From Candidatus Micrarchaeia archaeon (GTDB lineage: Archaea > Micrarchaeota > Micrarchaeia > Burarchaeales > Fermentimicrarchaeaceae), in assembly GCA_038871515.1 (NCBI GenBank), contig JAVZHX010000002.1, positions 141,815-205,814 on the forward strand: a stretch of DNA of 64,000 nt. The letters are read 5' to 3'. Both the position numbers and the translations under genes were made by a program. The notes under the pieces were generated by a model. It was not told the DNA's origin, made no database searches, and saw nothing but the letters and a program-made list of their open reading frames with translations. The first letter of the stretch is position 1. Every line of letters begins with the position of its first letter. Below, in pieces: positions 19,345-27,099 of the stretch.

Positions 19345-20175
19345 TTATTCGGGAAAAGCAACAGAGCAGTACGCAACAACTTCTCCGTAATCCTTTGTCA
19401 CATCTCCGGAGTTTGCATACTTCAAAACTTTTGCTTCCTTCCCCCCATTCAGCTTTGAGTAGATTATCGTTGCCATTATCGGAGCGTAACCACATATGGA
19501 TATGTTGTTCATCCTCACCTCATTCAAAAACAATCTAGCATCAAGCTTCTCAATTGCTCTTATTGCAAGCTCATCCTTTTCTTTTGCGCTCTGCGCATCC
19601 TCAAAGTGAGTGAAATCTGAACTTGCGATTACCAAAACTTCTCTCTTTGCAGCTTGCGATGCTTTTATAATTGCCCTTGCGATATCATCTGCAACTTCAT
19701 AATCGCCCAAACCAATGCAGATTGGAACTGCTTTCACTTTTTTGTATAAAAACTGCAGGAAGGGAAGTTGAACCTCTGCTGAGTGCTCTCCATCATGCGC
19801 AACCTCATCAAAATCAACTACTCTGGAGTTTTTCTGAATTAACTTTCCAAGTTCAACATCATTCTCAACAACTCCAAGAGGAGTTTCCCAATCCTCTGTG
19901 GAAAGTGCAACCCCGCTTCCCCTTCCAGTGTGATTTGGGCAGAGTATGATGAAAGTTGGTGGTTTTGAGAAGTTTTCTGCGATTTCGCTGTAAGCGTAGG
20001 AAGCAACCCAGCCAGAATATACATAGCCGGCATGAGGTGATATGACTGCAAGTAGATTTTTCTTATCACCGAATTTTGGAAGTCCTGCTCCTCTCTTGAA
20101 ACACTCCTCAACCTCCTTTCTTAATCTCTCTTCTCCTGCTGGGTAGAAAGAACCTGCAACCGAAGGATAACGCAT
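19345..20175 (-). CDS. MEMO1 family protein (AmmeMemoRadiSam protein B)
   Basis: R.PSVAGSFYP, PHAGYVYSG, PNHTG, EHSAEVQLPFLQ, IASSDFTH, ICGYAP, YANSGD. Confidence 0.95.
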   Translation of the reverse strand: MRYPSVAGSFYPAGEERLRKEVEECFKRGAGLPKFGDKKNLLAVISPHAGYVYSGWVASYAYSEIAENFSKPPTFIILCPNHTGRGSGVALSTEDWETPLGVVENDVELGKLIQKNSRVVDFDEVAHDGEHSAEVQLPFLQFLYKKVKAVPICIGLGDYEVADDIARAIIKASQAAKREVLVIASSDFTHFEDAQSAKEKDELAIRAIEKLDARLFLNEVRMNNISICGYAPIMATIIYSKLNGGKEAKVLKYANSGDVTKDYGEVVAYCSVAFPE

Positions 20176-20210
20176 TTTACCACCATTAATTATACTGAGC
20201 ACTTATAAAT

Positions 20211-20660
20211 TCATTCACGAGGCTTGAACTGAGTTATTCTTTCAAAATCATCTTTCAATGGTTTCTGCTTGAGCAACTTCTTCATAGCTCTGCTTTGCTC
20301 ATCAAGATCAAATGCAAAATTTATAAACCAGCCCCCTCCATCATCAGATACTTTATCAGTTATCACGATTGACTTCTTCTCCTCAAGGAACGCGGAGTAA
20401 GAAGTTTTGGGAGTTTGAATTTCCTTAACCCTTAATGTTTTTGGGTTGAAGATAAGTTCAACTTTTCCCTCGTAATGAAGGGAATTGTCCTTATCTTTAA
20501 TTTCATTTGAGAATTTCTTCACAACCCTTATCTCATTCGGCGTTATGTGTATCTCGTGGATGGATGGGTTTCCTTCCCTTGCTTTGTACACTCCCGGAGC
20601 TTCCCTGAAAAGCACCCCTCCATTAACCCTTGCTCCCTCCTCCTTCATTTTGAGATGCAT
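20211..20660 (-). CDS. Hypothetical protein
   Basis: 149-aa ORF, no motif. Confidence 0.6.
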   Translation of the reverse strand: MHLKMKEEGARVNGGVLFREAPGVYKAREGNPSIHEIHITPNEIRVVKKFSNEIKDKDNSLHYEGKVELIFNPKTLRVKEIQTPKTSYSAFLEEKKSIVITDKVSDDGGGWFINFAFDLDEQSRAMKKLLKQKPLKDDFERITQFKPRE

Positions 20661-20734
20661 AAGAGATTTATGTTGAAGGAGGTAAAAATAGTTATGGTTA
20701 AAAAGTTAAACCTCCACAATTTATTGGTGGTGAA

Positions 20735-21121
20735 ATGCAGAAAGAGATGGAACTGAACCTTGGGAGAACAGAGCCGTACGTGCTGCAGAAAATTCCAAAG
20801 GAAGTTCAAGGGAGGGTTCAGCATATAGAGAAAGTTGGGGAGATGCTGCTTGAGGAGCCGTTGAAAACGATAAGGGTTAAGGGGTATGCGGTGCTGTTCA
20901 ATTTGGAGGATGGGAGAGGGGCTGCCTCGCTTGTGATAATTGATGGGCTTGGGAGAAGGTTTCTTGGAAAGACACCCGTTCTGGAGGGATGCAACCCTGC
21001 GGAGGGGGTAAGGTTCTGCAGGGAGGAGTGGGAGAAGCTTCAGAAAAATCCAGAGAAGTTAAACACTGATTCAAGGTTTTGGGAAAGGGTGGGAAGCGGC
21101 TGGCCGGTGATAACGCGCTAG
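20735..21121 (+). CDS. Hypothetical protein
   Basis: GGTGGTGA RBS, 128 aa. Confidence 0.7.
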   Translation: MQKEMELNLGRTEPYVLQKIPKEVQGRVQHIEKVGEMLLEEPLKTIRVKGYAVLFNLEDGRGAASLVIIDGLGRRFLGKTPVLEGCNPAEGVRFCREEWEKLQKNPEKLNTDSRFWERVGSGWPVITR

Positions 21122-21150
21122 TATTTATTTACTCCCTCCCTTATTCTTTT

Positions 21151-21693
21151 ATGCGAGTTGTATTGACAGGAGTGCCAGGAACGGGTAAAACTGCAATTGC
21201 TTCTGCTTTATCCAAAAAAGGTTTTGAGGTTATCTCGCTTAATGAAGTTGTTGAAAAAAAGAAGCTTTGGAGAGAGGTTGATGAGTTTGGAAGCAGAATT
21301 GTGAATTTAAAGAAGCTTGAGAGAGAGACAAACAAAATTTTGAAGGGAAAAAAGAAATGTGTTGTTGAGGGGCATCTTGCATGCGAGATAAAGCTGAACT
21401 GCGATGTTGCGGTTGTGTGCAGGACAAAACCATCGTTGCTTGAAAAAAGATTGAGAGAGCGCGGTTACCCCGAAAGGAAGGTGAATGAAAACCTGATGTG
21501 CGAGCTGCTTGATTACTGCACTGTTCTAAGCTTAAAAAATTATAGGAGAGTTTATGAGATAAGAAGTGAGGGAAGGGTGGGGAAAAGTGTTAGAAAGATT
21601 ATGAGGATAATTGAGGGAAAAGGCGAGAGGTTCAGAGCTGGTTGGGTGAGGTGGAGGAGGGAATTGGAGAGAGCTGCAACGAAGACAAAGTAG
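21151..21693 (+). CDS. Adenylate kinase AK6/Fap7 family
   Basis: LTGVPGTGKT P-loop, VVEGH (hhhDxH-like Walker B), RL.ERGY..KV.EN. Confidence 0.9.
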   Translation: MRVVLTGVPGTGKTAIASALSKKGFEVISLNEVVEKKKLWREVDEFGSRIVNLKKLERETNKILKGKKKCVVEGHLACEIKLNCDVAVVCRTKPSLLEKRLRERGYPERKVNENLMCELLDYCTVLSLKNYRRVYEIRSEGRVGKSVRKIMRIIEGKGERFRAGWVRWRRELERAATKTK

Positions 21694-21728
21694 TGGGTTT
21701 AAAAAGTAAAAAATGCATAATTTAGTGG

Positions 21729-22661
21729 GTGATGCTTATGGCCGGAGCAGTTGTAGAGGCTAGACCAAGCCTTATTGGGTCAACAATCTGCGGAGAGAAA
21801 ATTGAGCCACGTGAGAGGATAAAGGAGGATGGGAGCAGGGAAACCGTAAGCCCGATTTTCATGACGGGTAAGGAACTTGTTGTGAAAACAACCTTTTTCA
21901 CAGCGGTGTTCTCTCTGGATGGCAAAAGAAGTCTGGAGGGACCAGCTATAATGAAGGATAAATTTTCTGCCCAGTCAACATTTGCCCTGTTTAAAGCTGG
22001 TGATGAGTTGGGAGTGAAAATCACCTCAGAGAAGCCCAGAAAAGAGAGGTTGTTTGTTGAGGTGGATGGCAACAACGTGAATTACCGGCTTGGAGGACAC
22101 CCTAACGTTATATTCACCAACAACGGTGAAAAAGGCAGACTCGGTGATCCGTACATCAAGATAATCCCTACTCTCATTCCGAAACTTGGCGGGGAGCTGG
22201 GAGATGAAATAAGGAAGGAGCATAAAAACGCAAGCGAAATGTACTTGGCAGTGGCGAAGAAGCTTCAGGAGAAAAACCCTGATAAGGGGTATGCTGAAGG
22301 TTCTGGTGCGGATGTGGGAATGAACTTTATGAAAGAAAAAATTTTTGTGAAGATGGATGCGAATGGAAGAATAAGTGAGTTTGGGAGAGTAGATCAGAAG
22401 GATAGATTTTCTTTCTATATAACGGATAATGGTGGTGTCGGTGTTATGATAAAGCCACAGGATATCAAGAACCTCACTAGAGAGCTTGGGGATACGGAAA
22501 CAGGAGTTGGGGTAGGGATGGCGTATGGTAACATTCCGTATTATTTGCCGAAGGTGCAGTACTTCATAACTGAACTTGAAAGGTTGAGCGGGCACAGAGA
22601 GGTAGTTGAATTCATCGAAAGCGGAGGTAAACCTCCATTCCCAAAACAGACTCTCGCATAG
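21729..22661 (+). CDS. Hypothetical protein
   Basis: 310-aa ORF, no recognisable motif. Confidence 0.7.
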   Translation: MMLMAGAVVEARPSLIGSTICGEKIEPRERIKEDGSRETVSPIFMTGKELVVKTTFFTAVFSLDGKRSLEGPAIMKDKFSAQSTFALFKAGDELGVKITSEKPRKERLFVEVDGNNVNYRLGGHPNVIFTNNGEKGRLGDPYIKIIPTLIPKLGGELGDEIRKEHKNASEMYLAVAKKLQEKNPDKGYAEGSGADVGMNFMKEKIFVKMDANGRISEFGRVDQKDRFSFYITDNGGVGVMIKPQDIKNLTRELGDTETGVGVGMAYGNIPYYLPKVQYFITELERLSGHREVVEFIESGGKPPFPKQTLA

Positions 22662-22785
22662 TTCAAATGAACTTTTATCGGTAAAGCACACGATAATCTA
22701 GCTTGAGCAACTTTCTTATAAATCCGAAAGGTATATAAACTTTTATCAGTTAATCAAATGCAATTAACCTCACGAGGTGATTTTC

Positions 22786-22872
22786 TTGGACGAGGAGGAA
22801 GAAGAGGAGGAAGAGGAGGAGTGGGACGAGGAGGACCTTGAGGAGGAAGAGGAAGAGGAGGAAGAGGAGTAA
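22786..22872 (+). CDS. 28-aa hyper-acidic micro-protein (absent from ORF track)
   Basis: TTG start just after GAGGTGA RBS; TATATAAA at ~22732; translation MDEEEEEEEEEEWDEEDLEEEEEEEEEE; oligo-T tract after the stop. Confidence 0.6.
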   Translation: MDEEEEEEEEEEWDEEDLEEEEEEEEEE

Positions 22873-22974
22873 CTGATTCTATTTTTTTCTTTTCTGCTTT
22901 GCACATAAATTCACCTTCACTGGAAAGTTACTCTCCTTCCAGACATTTATAAAGGCAAACACGGACCTTGTATT

Positions 22975-24027
22975 ATGCTTGTCTCAAAAACGTTGAAATG
23001 CGAGGTTTTCAATCCAACAAAAAAGAAACTTTCACTGCTTACTCAGGAATACCAGAACTTCCAGATTTACGTGAGAAGTGGAAAGAACTTTGGGGTCTAC
23101 TCTTTGACAAAGGCAACATTTGACTTCAAGTACGAAAAGAAAGCAAAGAAGAAAAAGCAACCAATGCCACTCCATAACCGATCAACAAAGTTCAAAATCA
23201 CAAACAACAAGCTCACTCCTTACTGGTTCCGAGTTCCTGTTTATGGAAAAAGAGGTGGGATCTGGCTTCCAATAAAACTACATGAAAACATAGATTCTTC
23301 CTGGGAAGTAAGGGAAGCAAAAGTATTCAAAAGAAAGAAGGACTTCTGGATTTACATAACAATAAGAAAGGAAGTTCATCTCAAGACTTCATACTCCTCC
23401 ATCCTTGCCTTGGATGTTGGTGAAAAAGTGATAGCGACAGCCGTGCTGTCCAGCAAACGTAAGCCAATTTTCCTGGGCAGGGAGGTGAGAGGGATTAGGA
23501 GGCATCACGCCTGGTTGAGAAAAAGATTGCAGAAAAGAAAGATATTCAAGAAACTAAAGGAGATGAGAGGGAAGGAAAGAAGAAGAGTTGAGTTGGTTCT
23601 GCATGAAGTGTCAAAATACGTTGTGGAGCTGGCAGAAAGGAATAATTCAATAATTGTTTTGGGTGAGTTGAACGGAATAAGAAAAAAGAATAAGGGAAAG
23701 AGGTTGAACAGGATAATCAACTCATTTCCATTCAAAAAACTCTCCTTCTTCATTGAATACAAAGCACATGTGAAGGGAATTGCGGTTATAAAAGTTAAAG
23801 AGGATTATACAAGCAAGACATGCAGCAGATGTGGGGAGGAAGGAAAAAGAATAAAACAGGGTTTGTTCAAATGCTCTCATTGTAAATACCAGGTGAATGC
23901 AGATTATAATGGTGCGATGAATATCCTGAAGAGGTCCAGAAGCTACATGCTTCCGGACGGGGCTGTTGCTTTCAGCCCAGAACCGCCGATGACTGAGAAG
24001 ACGAGGGCGGAAGCATATAATATTTAA
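22975..24027 (+). CDS. tnpB: TnpB RNA-guided endonuclease (IS200/IS605 family), no TnpA
   Basis: RuvC-I LALDVG, RuvC-II VLGELNGI, zinc finger CSRC..CSHC, RuvC-III NADYNGAMNI; catalytic D/E/D all present; 350 aa. Confidence 0.92.
   Translation: MLVSKTLKCEVFNPTKKKLSLLTQEYQNFQIYVRSGKNFGVYSLTKATFDFKYEKKAKKKKQPMPLHNRSTKFKITNNKLTPYWFRVPVYGKRGGIWLPIKLHENIDSSWEVREAKVFKRKKDFWIYITIRKEVHLKTSYSSILALDVGEKVIATAVLSSKRKPIFLGREVRGIRRHHAWLRKRLQKRKIFKKLKEMRGKERRRVELVLHEVSKYVVELAERNNSIIVLGELNGIRKKNKGKRLNRIINSFPFKKLSFFIEYKAHVKGIAVIKVKEDYTSKTCSRCGEEGKRIKQGLFKCSHCKYQVNADYNGAMNILKRSRSYMLPDGAVAFSPEPPMTEKTRAEAYNI
23940..24014 (+). ncRNA. Putative TnpB omega/reRNA scaffold overlapping the tnpB 3' end (boundaries uncertain)
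   Basis: GGGCTG..CAGCCC and CCGCC..GGCGG stems ending in GGAAGC, typical of IS605-type 3' ends. Confidence 0.5.
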
Positions 24028-24097
24028 ATTTATGTGCAAAGCATCAGAAAAGTTTAAATATTCCGTTAACTAATCTAGTTTCACTGAAAAGAAATCA

Positions 24098-24163
24098 GCA
24101 TCTGTTGCAGAACAGGTGCAAGCCTGCGCTGGGCTTATCTTCAGGGCGTCATTGCTCTGGGAT
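24098..24163 (+). ncRNA. Candidate small structured RNA (three abutting hairpins)
   Basis: GCATCTGTT/AACAGGTGC, AAGCCTG/TGGGCTT, CAGGGCG/TGCTCTG with G-U pairs valid on + strand; TTTAAATA TATA box at 24053, oligo-T tracts downstream. Confidence 0.45.
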
Positions 24164-24286
24164 GAATGCAGCGTGAGTGGGTGAGGATAGTTTTTATGTT
24201 AGCGTAGCTTCTTTTACTTTTGAAGTTTTTTTTCTCTTTCTCCATCATTTTTTTCCTAGCGGTTTTTCCGCAAGTGAGGTGGTAGT

Positions 24287-24568
24287 ATGGCAGAACCACC
24301 GGAGTGCGGAGCCAGAGCGCACCTTGAGTTCCACTGCTTGGAGTGCGGGAGGAAAGTTGAGCAGTATGAAACTGCATTCTTCAACAGAAAGGTATGCAGC
24401 GACTGCTACAGAAGAAAAGAGGAGAGGAGGTGCGCGCGTTGCTTCAGGAAGCTTGAGAGCTGGCAGGTGAAACTGCTTGATGGATGGGAGTACTGCGAGC
24501 TCTGCTTCCTGATTCTCGAGCGCTCCGCGAGCAGGGGCGCTTGGGGAGAGCAGTTCGCGTTCAACTGA
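24287..24568 (+). CDS. Small double zinc-finger protein (4x CxxC)
   Basis: CLEC, CSDC, CARC, CELC; GAGGTGG RBS. Confidence 0.8.
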   Translation: MAEPPECGARAHLEFHCLECGRKVEQYETAFFNRKVCSDCYRRKEERRCARCFRKLESWQVKLLDGWEYCELCFLILERSASRGAWGEQFAFN

Positions 24569-24662
24569 TTTTTCACGAGCTAAATTCCCCTAGCGTGAGC
24601 CCTGCAAGAAAGGAGGTGCAGAGCAGTTGCGATGACGCGCCCCTTAAAAAAGAGGTGATTGG

Positions 24663-24863
24663 ATGAGAAGGAGAAGTTTGGAGGAGGAAGAGGAGCTGTT
24701 GAGGAAGCACTGGGAGCATATGCAGGAGGAGGAAGAGGAGGTTGAGTACAGCGCAGCAGATGATGAGTACGGGGAGGACTGGGATGACGAGCTGTGGGAA
24801 GAGGAGGAAGAGCTGTGGGTTGAGGAGGAGGAAGTTGAGAGGAGGAAGCCGAAGAAGGAGTGA
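24663..24863 (+). CDS. 66-aa acidic Trp/Glu-rich protein
   Basis: GAGGTGA RBS; acidic core with basic ends. Confidence 0.65.
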   Translation: MRRRSLEEEEELLRKHWEHMQEEEEEVEYSAADDEYGEDWDDELWEEEEELWVEEEEVERRKPKKE

Positions 24864-24974
24864 GGAAAAGGGGCGGGGTTACCAAGGTGTGCCTGAAATC
24901 CGAAGATTTCTTATACCTTGTGCCCCGCCCATCCTTCTTTGCTTCCCATCCTTTTTAAACTTTGGGGTGGGAGG
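24852..24974 (+). other. Long intercistronic stem-loop plus RBS-sequestering hairpin
   Basis: GGGCGGGG/CCCCGCCC, CAAGGTGTG/TATACCTTG, GAAATC-CGAA-GATTTC (24871-24930); CTTCCCATCC pairs with GGGTGGGAGG directly before ATG 24975. Confidence 0.6.
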
Positions 24975-26147
24975 ATGTGGTTTGCAAACTTGTTTGGAAA
25001 AGAGGGGGTGAAAATTGGGGAGAGAAGAAGCGAGCTTTCCCTGACAAACAAATCGTACATAACAGAATACCATCCTCATGTTAGGGTGAAGCCAGTGATG
25101 AAATGGGAGTGGAGGAAAGCGAATGGCAAATACACAATTGACTTCAGCAAGGAAGCGAACCCACATGTGAATATAAGTGGGATGAGCGGGTTTGGGAAGT
25201 CAACTCTCTGCAAGAAGTTGATTGATGAAATAAGAGGGAAGCTGAAGCTGCCTGTTGCAATCTTTGATGTCCACTCGGAATACGTTGAGCTCACAAAACA
25301 GCTTAACGGTGAAGTTCACTCAGCAAAGGAGTCAAGCATAAACATGTGGGAGCTTGATGGAATGGCTCCTGCTGAGAGAATTGCGGAGAACGTTGGAATG
25401 CTGAAGAGAATTTTGAAGTTGGGTGACATACAGGCATACAGCTTGCTTGTATCAGCTGAGAAAGCATACGAAAGAAAGGGAATAATTCAAAGTGAAAAAA
25501 GCAGTTGGAGTAGAGAAGCGCCAACAATGCAGGATGTTTATGAGTGCGTGCTTGAGCACAATAAAAAGCAGGGATACGCTGGGCTGAGCAAGAGGCTTTA
25601 CCCTCTGCTGATGAGCAGTGTTTTTTCAGCAGAAACGTCTGTTTCATTCAAAAAAGTTTTGGATGGGTTGAATGACTTCAGCATGGCTGAGCTGAGAAGC
25701 AGCGAAGCGCAGGCAGTTTTCATAGAAACTTTTCTCAGAAAGCTCTACTCATACATGTTAAGCCAGAAGCTGGCGGATGAGACGAGATTATTTGTTGTGA
25801 TTGATGAGGCGCACAGGGTTTGCATAGCAGACGGAAGCGAGCTCTCCCTTCCAGGAAGGATTGTTTCAGAAGGAAGAAAGTATGGGGTGGGAGTGATAAC
25901 AAGCAACCAGATGGTTAAAAGTATAGACAGGGCGATTGTTGCAAACTCCGCTGTCACGTTTGCGTTCTACCAGAGGGAGCCAGAGGAGTTTGACTACGTG
26001 GCGAAACTGCTTGCAGGTGGAGAGGAGTATGAAAGAGAGGAAGCAGTGAGAAGTATGCTCAGAAACCTCAAGCAGTTCCAGTGCATTGCTTTAACTTCAA
26101 GAGAGAGAGAACCAACGGTTGTTGAAATTCCCTCCTGGAAAAATTAG
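24975..26147 (+). CDS. HerA/VirB4/VirD4-like P-loop ATPase (DUF87-like)
   Basis: NPHVNISGMSGFGKS Walker A, VVIDEAH Walker B, EGRKYGVGVITSNQ. Confidence 0.88.
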   Translation: MWFANLFGKEGVKIGERRSELSLTNKSYITEYHPHVRVKPVMKWEWRKANGKYTIDFSKEANPHVNISGMSGFGKSTLCKKLIDEIRGKLKLPVAIFDVHSEYVELTKQLNGEVHSAKESSINMWELDGMAPAERIAENVGMLKRILKLGDIQAYSLLVSAEKAYERKGIIQSEKSSWSREAPTMQDVYECVLEHNKKQGYAGLSKRLYPLLMSSVFSAETSVSFKKVLDGLNDFSMAELRSSEAQAVFIETFLRKLYSYMLSQKLADETRLFVVIDEAHRVCIADGSELSLPGRIVSEGRKYGVGVITSNQMVKSIDRAIVANSAVTFAFYQREPEEFDYVAKLLAGGEEYEREEAVRSMLRNLKQFQCIALTSREREPTVVEIPSWKN

Positions 26148-26638
26148 GCGAGCTTCCTCGCAGAAAGCTCTTTTTTTATTTTTTCAATTTCCTCCTGAAT
26201 TTCTGAGTGGTGATTTGAAATTATATTCTCAGCAAAATTCAAACCTTCCATTATCTCAGCATGCATCACTCTTTCTTCTTCCCTTCTGCTTCCCATCATC
26301 CTTGAGTGGGTTCTCATACCTTCTATGTAGAGATATGCTTTTGTGTCAACAATTGCTTTCACCTCATTTTCCTTCTGCTCAGGAGGAAGCTGCTTTCTTA
26401 ACTCCCTTATCTCTTTGGATGTTTTCTCAAGTTTATCATAAAGCTCAAGCACCCTGTCCATATCTTTTTTCAAAAGTTGAACTTCAAAAGGAGAGATTCT
26501 TCCCTCATTGAGTTTATTCTCATACTTCAGAACTTTCTTTTCAAGTGGAACAAGCTCCTTGCATACGTCAACTATTGATTTGTAGTGCTGAATGAATTTT
26601 TGATACGATTCCTCTTTTTCAAGTGTTTGAACGCTCAT
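26144..26638 (-). CDS. Hypothetical coiled-coil protein
   Basis: 164-aa charged helical ORF; GGTG RBS and TATA-like sequence upstream. Confidence 0.7.
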   Translation of the reverse strand: MSVQTLEKEESYQKFIQHYKSIVDVCKELVPLEKKVLKYENKLNEGRISPFEVQLLKKDMDRVLELYDKLEKTSKEIRELRKQLPPEQKENEVKAIVDTKAYLYIEGMRTHSRMMGSRREEERVMHAEIMEGLNFAENIISNHHSEIQEEIEKIKKELSARKLA

Positions 26639-26695
26639 GGAGGCACCATAGTGTATATAATCAGATAATATGAATAAACAAACATAAATACCTTT

Positions 26696-27094
26696 CTAAG
26701 AGGATGCGCCTGTGAGTTCAAGCAGTTCGCTCTCCCTTGCTGCTCTCAGAACTAAAAGCTCATCTGCTTTATCATTCAAGCCAAGCTGTTTAAAATCTGG
26801 TATAAGAATGTCAAGTATCTCAATTCCATTCCTTAATTCATCCGCAAGCATATTCTGGAGTTTTTTTCTTTCCTCCTCAAGTTTCTTTCTTTCCTCTCCG
26901 TCTTTTGTTTCCTCAAGCAGCAAGGAGTTCAGCTGAAGTTGGAATTTTAGTTTATTCAGTCTCAGCTCAGATATCTCAAATGCTTCGGCAGGTGAAGAAG
27001 GTGTTTTGAAAAAGAGAAGCATATCCGTATTTCTTATCAGCTTTCTCAGCTTTCTTTTCATAAGTTTGCGAATTGCTTCCTTTTGCATAGCCAC
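26696..27094 (-). CDS. Hypothetical helical protein, last gene of the large operon
   Basis: Starts 5 nt after the stop of the 1787-aa gene; AGGT RBS. Confidence 0.7.
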   Translation of the reverse strand: MAMQKEAIRKLMKRKLRKLIRNTDMLLFFKTPSSPAEAFEISELRLNKLKFQLQLNSLLLEETKDGEERKKLEEERKKLQNMLADELRNGIEILDILIPDFKQLGLNDKADELLVLRAARESELLELTGASS

Positions 27095-27099
27095 TACCT

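Larger units (their letters stand above)
22895..24043. repeat. 17-bp perfect inverted repeat bracketing tnpB (22895-22911 / 24027-24043)
   Basis: TGCTTTGCACATAAATT vs AATTTATGTGCAAAGCA; extends outward via CTTTTC / GAAAAG with a 3-nt gap. Confidence 0.85.

Noticed and set aside
22670..22750. Short direct repeat AACTTTTATC(G/A)GT
   Set aside because: 13 bp in an AT-rich spacer; insufficient support for a function
22789..22869. GAG/GAA run as a non-coding microsatellite
   Set aside because: Stays in one frame with synonymous variation and has RBS, start, stop and terminator-like tract; treated as a micro-ORF
22916..22927. TTCAC-TGGAAAG upstream of tnpB matching TTCAC-TGAAAAG at 24080 as a TAM/guide pair
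   Set aside because: Only 6 of 7 bases match beyond the motif; too short to distinguish from chance
24085..24190. tRNA gene
   Set aside because: Three hairpins but no acceptor stem or TTC-RA T-loop
22662..24974. CRISPR array / Cas12f assignment for the TnpB-like gene
   Set aside because: No regularly spaced direct repeats and no cas1/cas2/cas4 in the window
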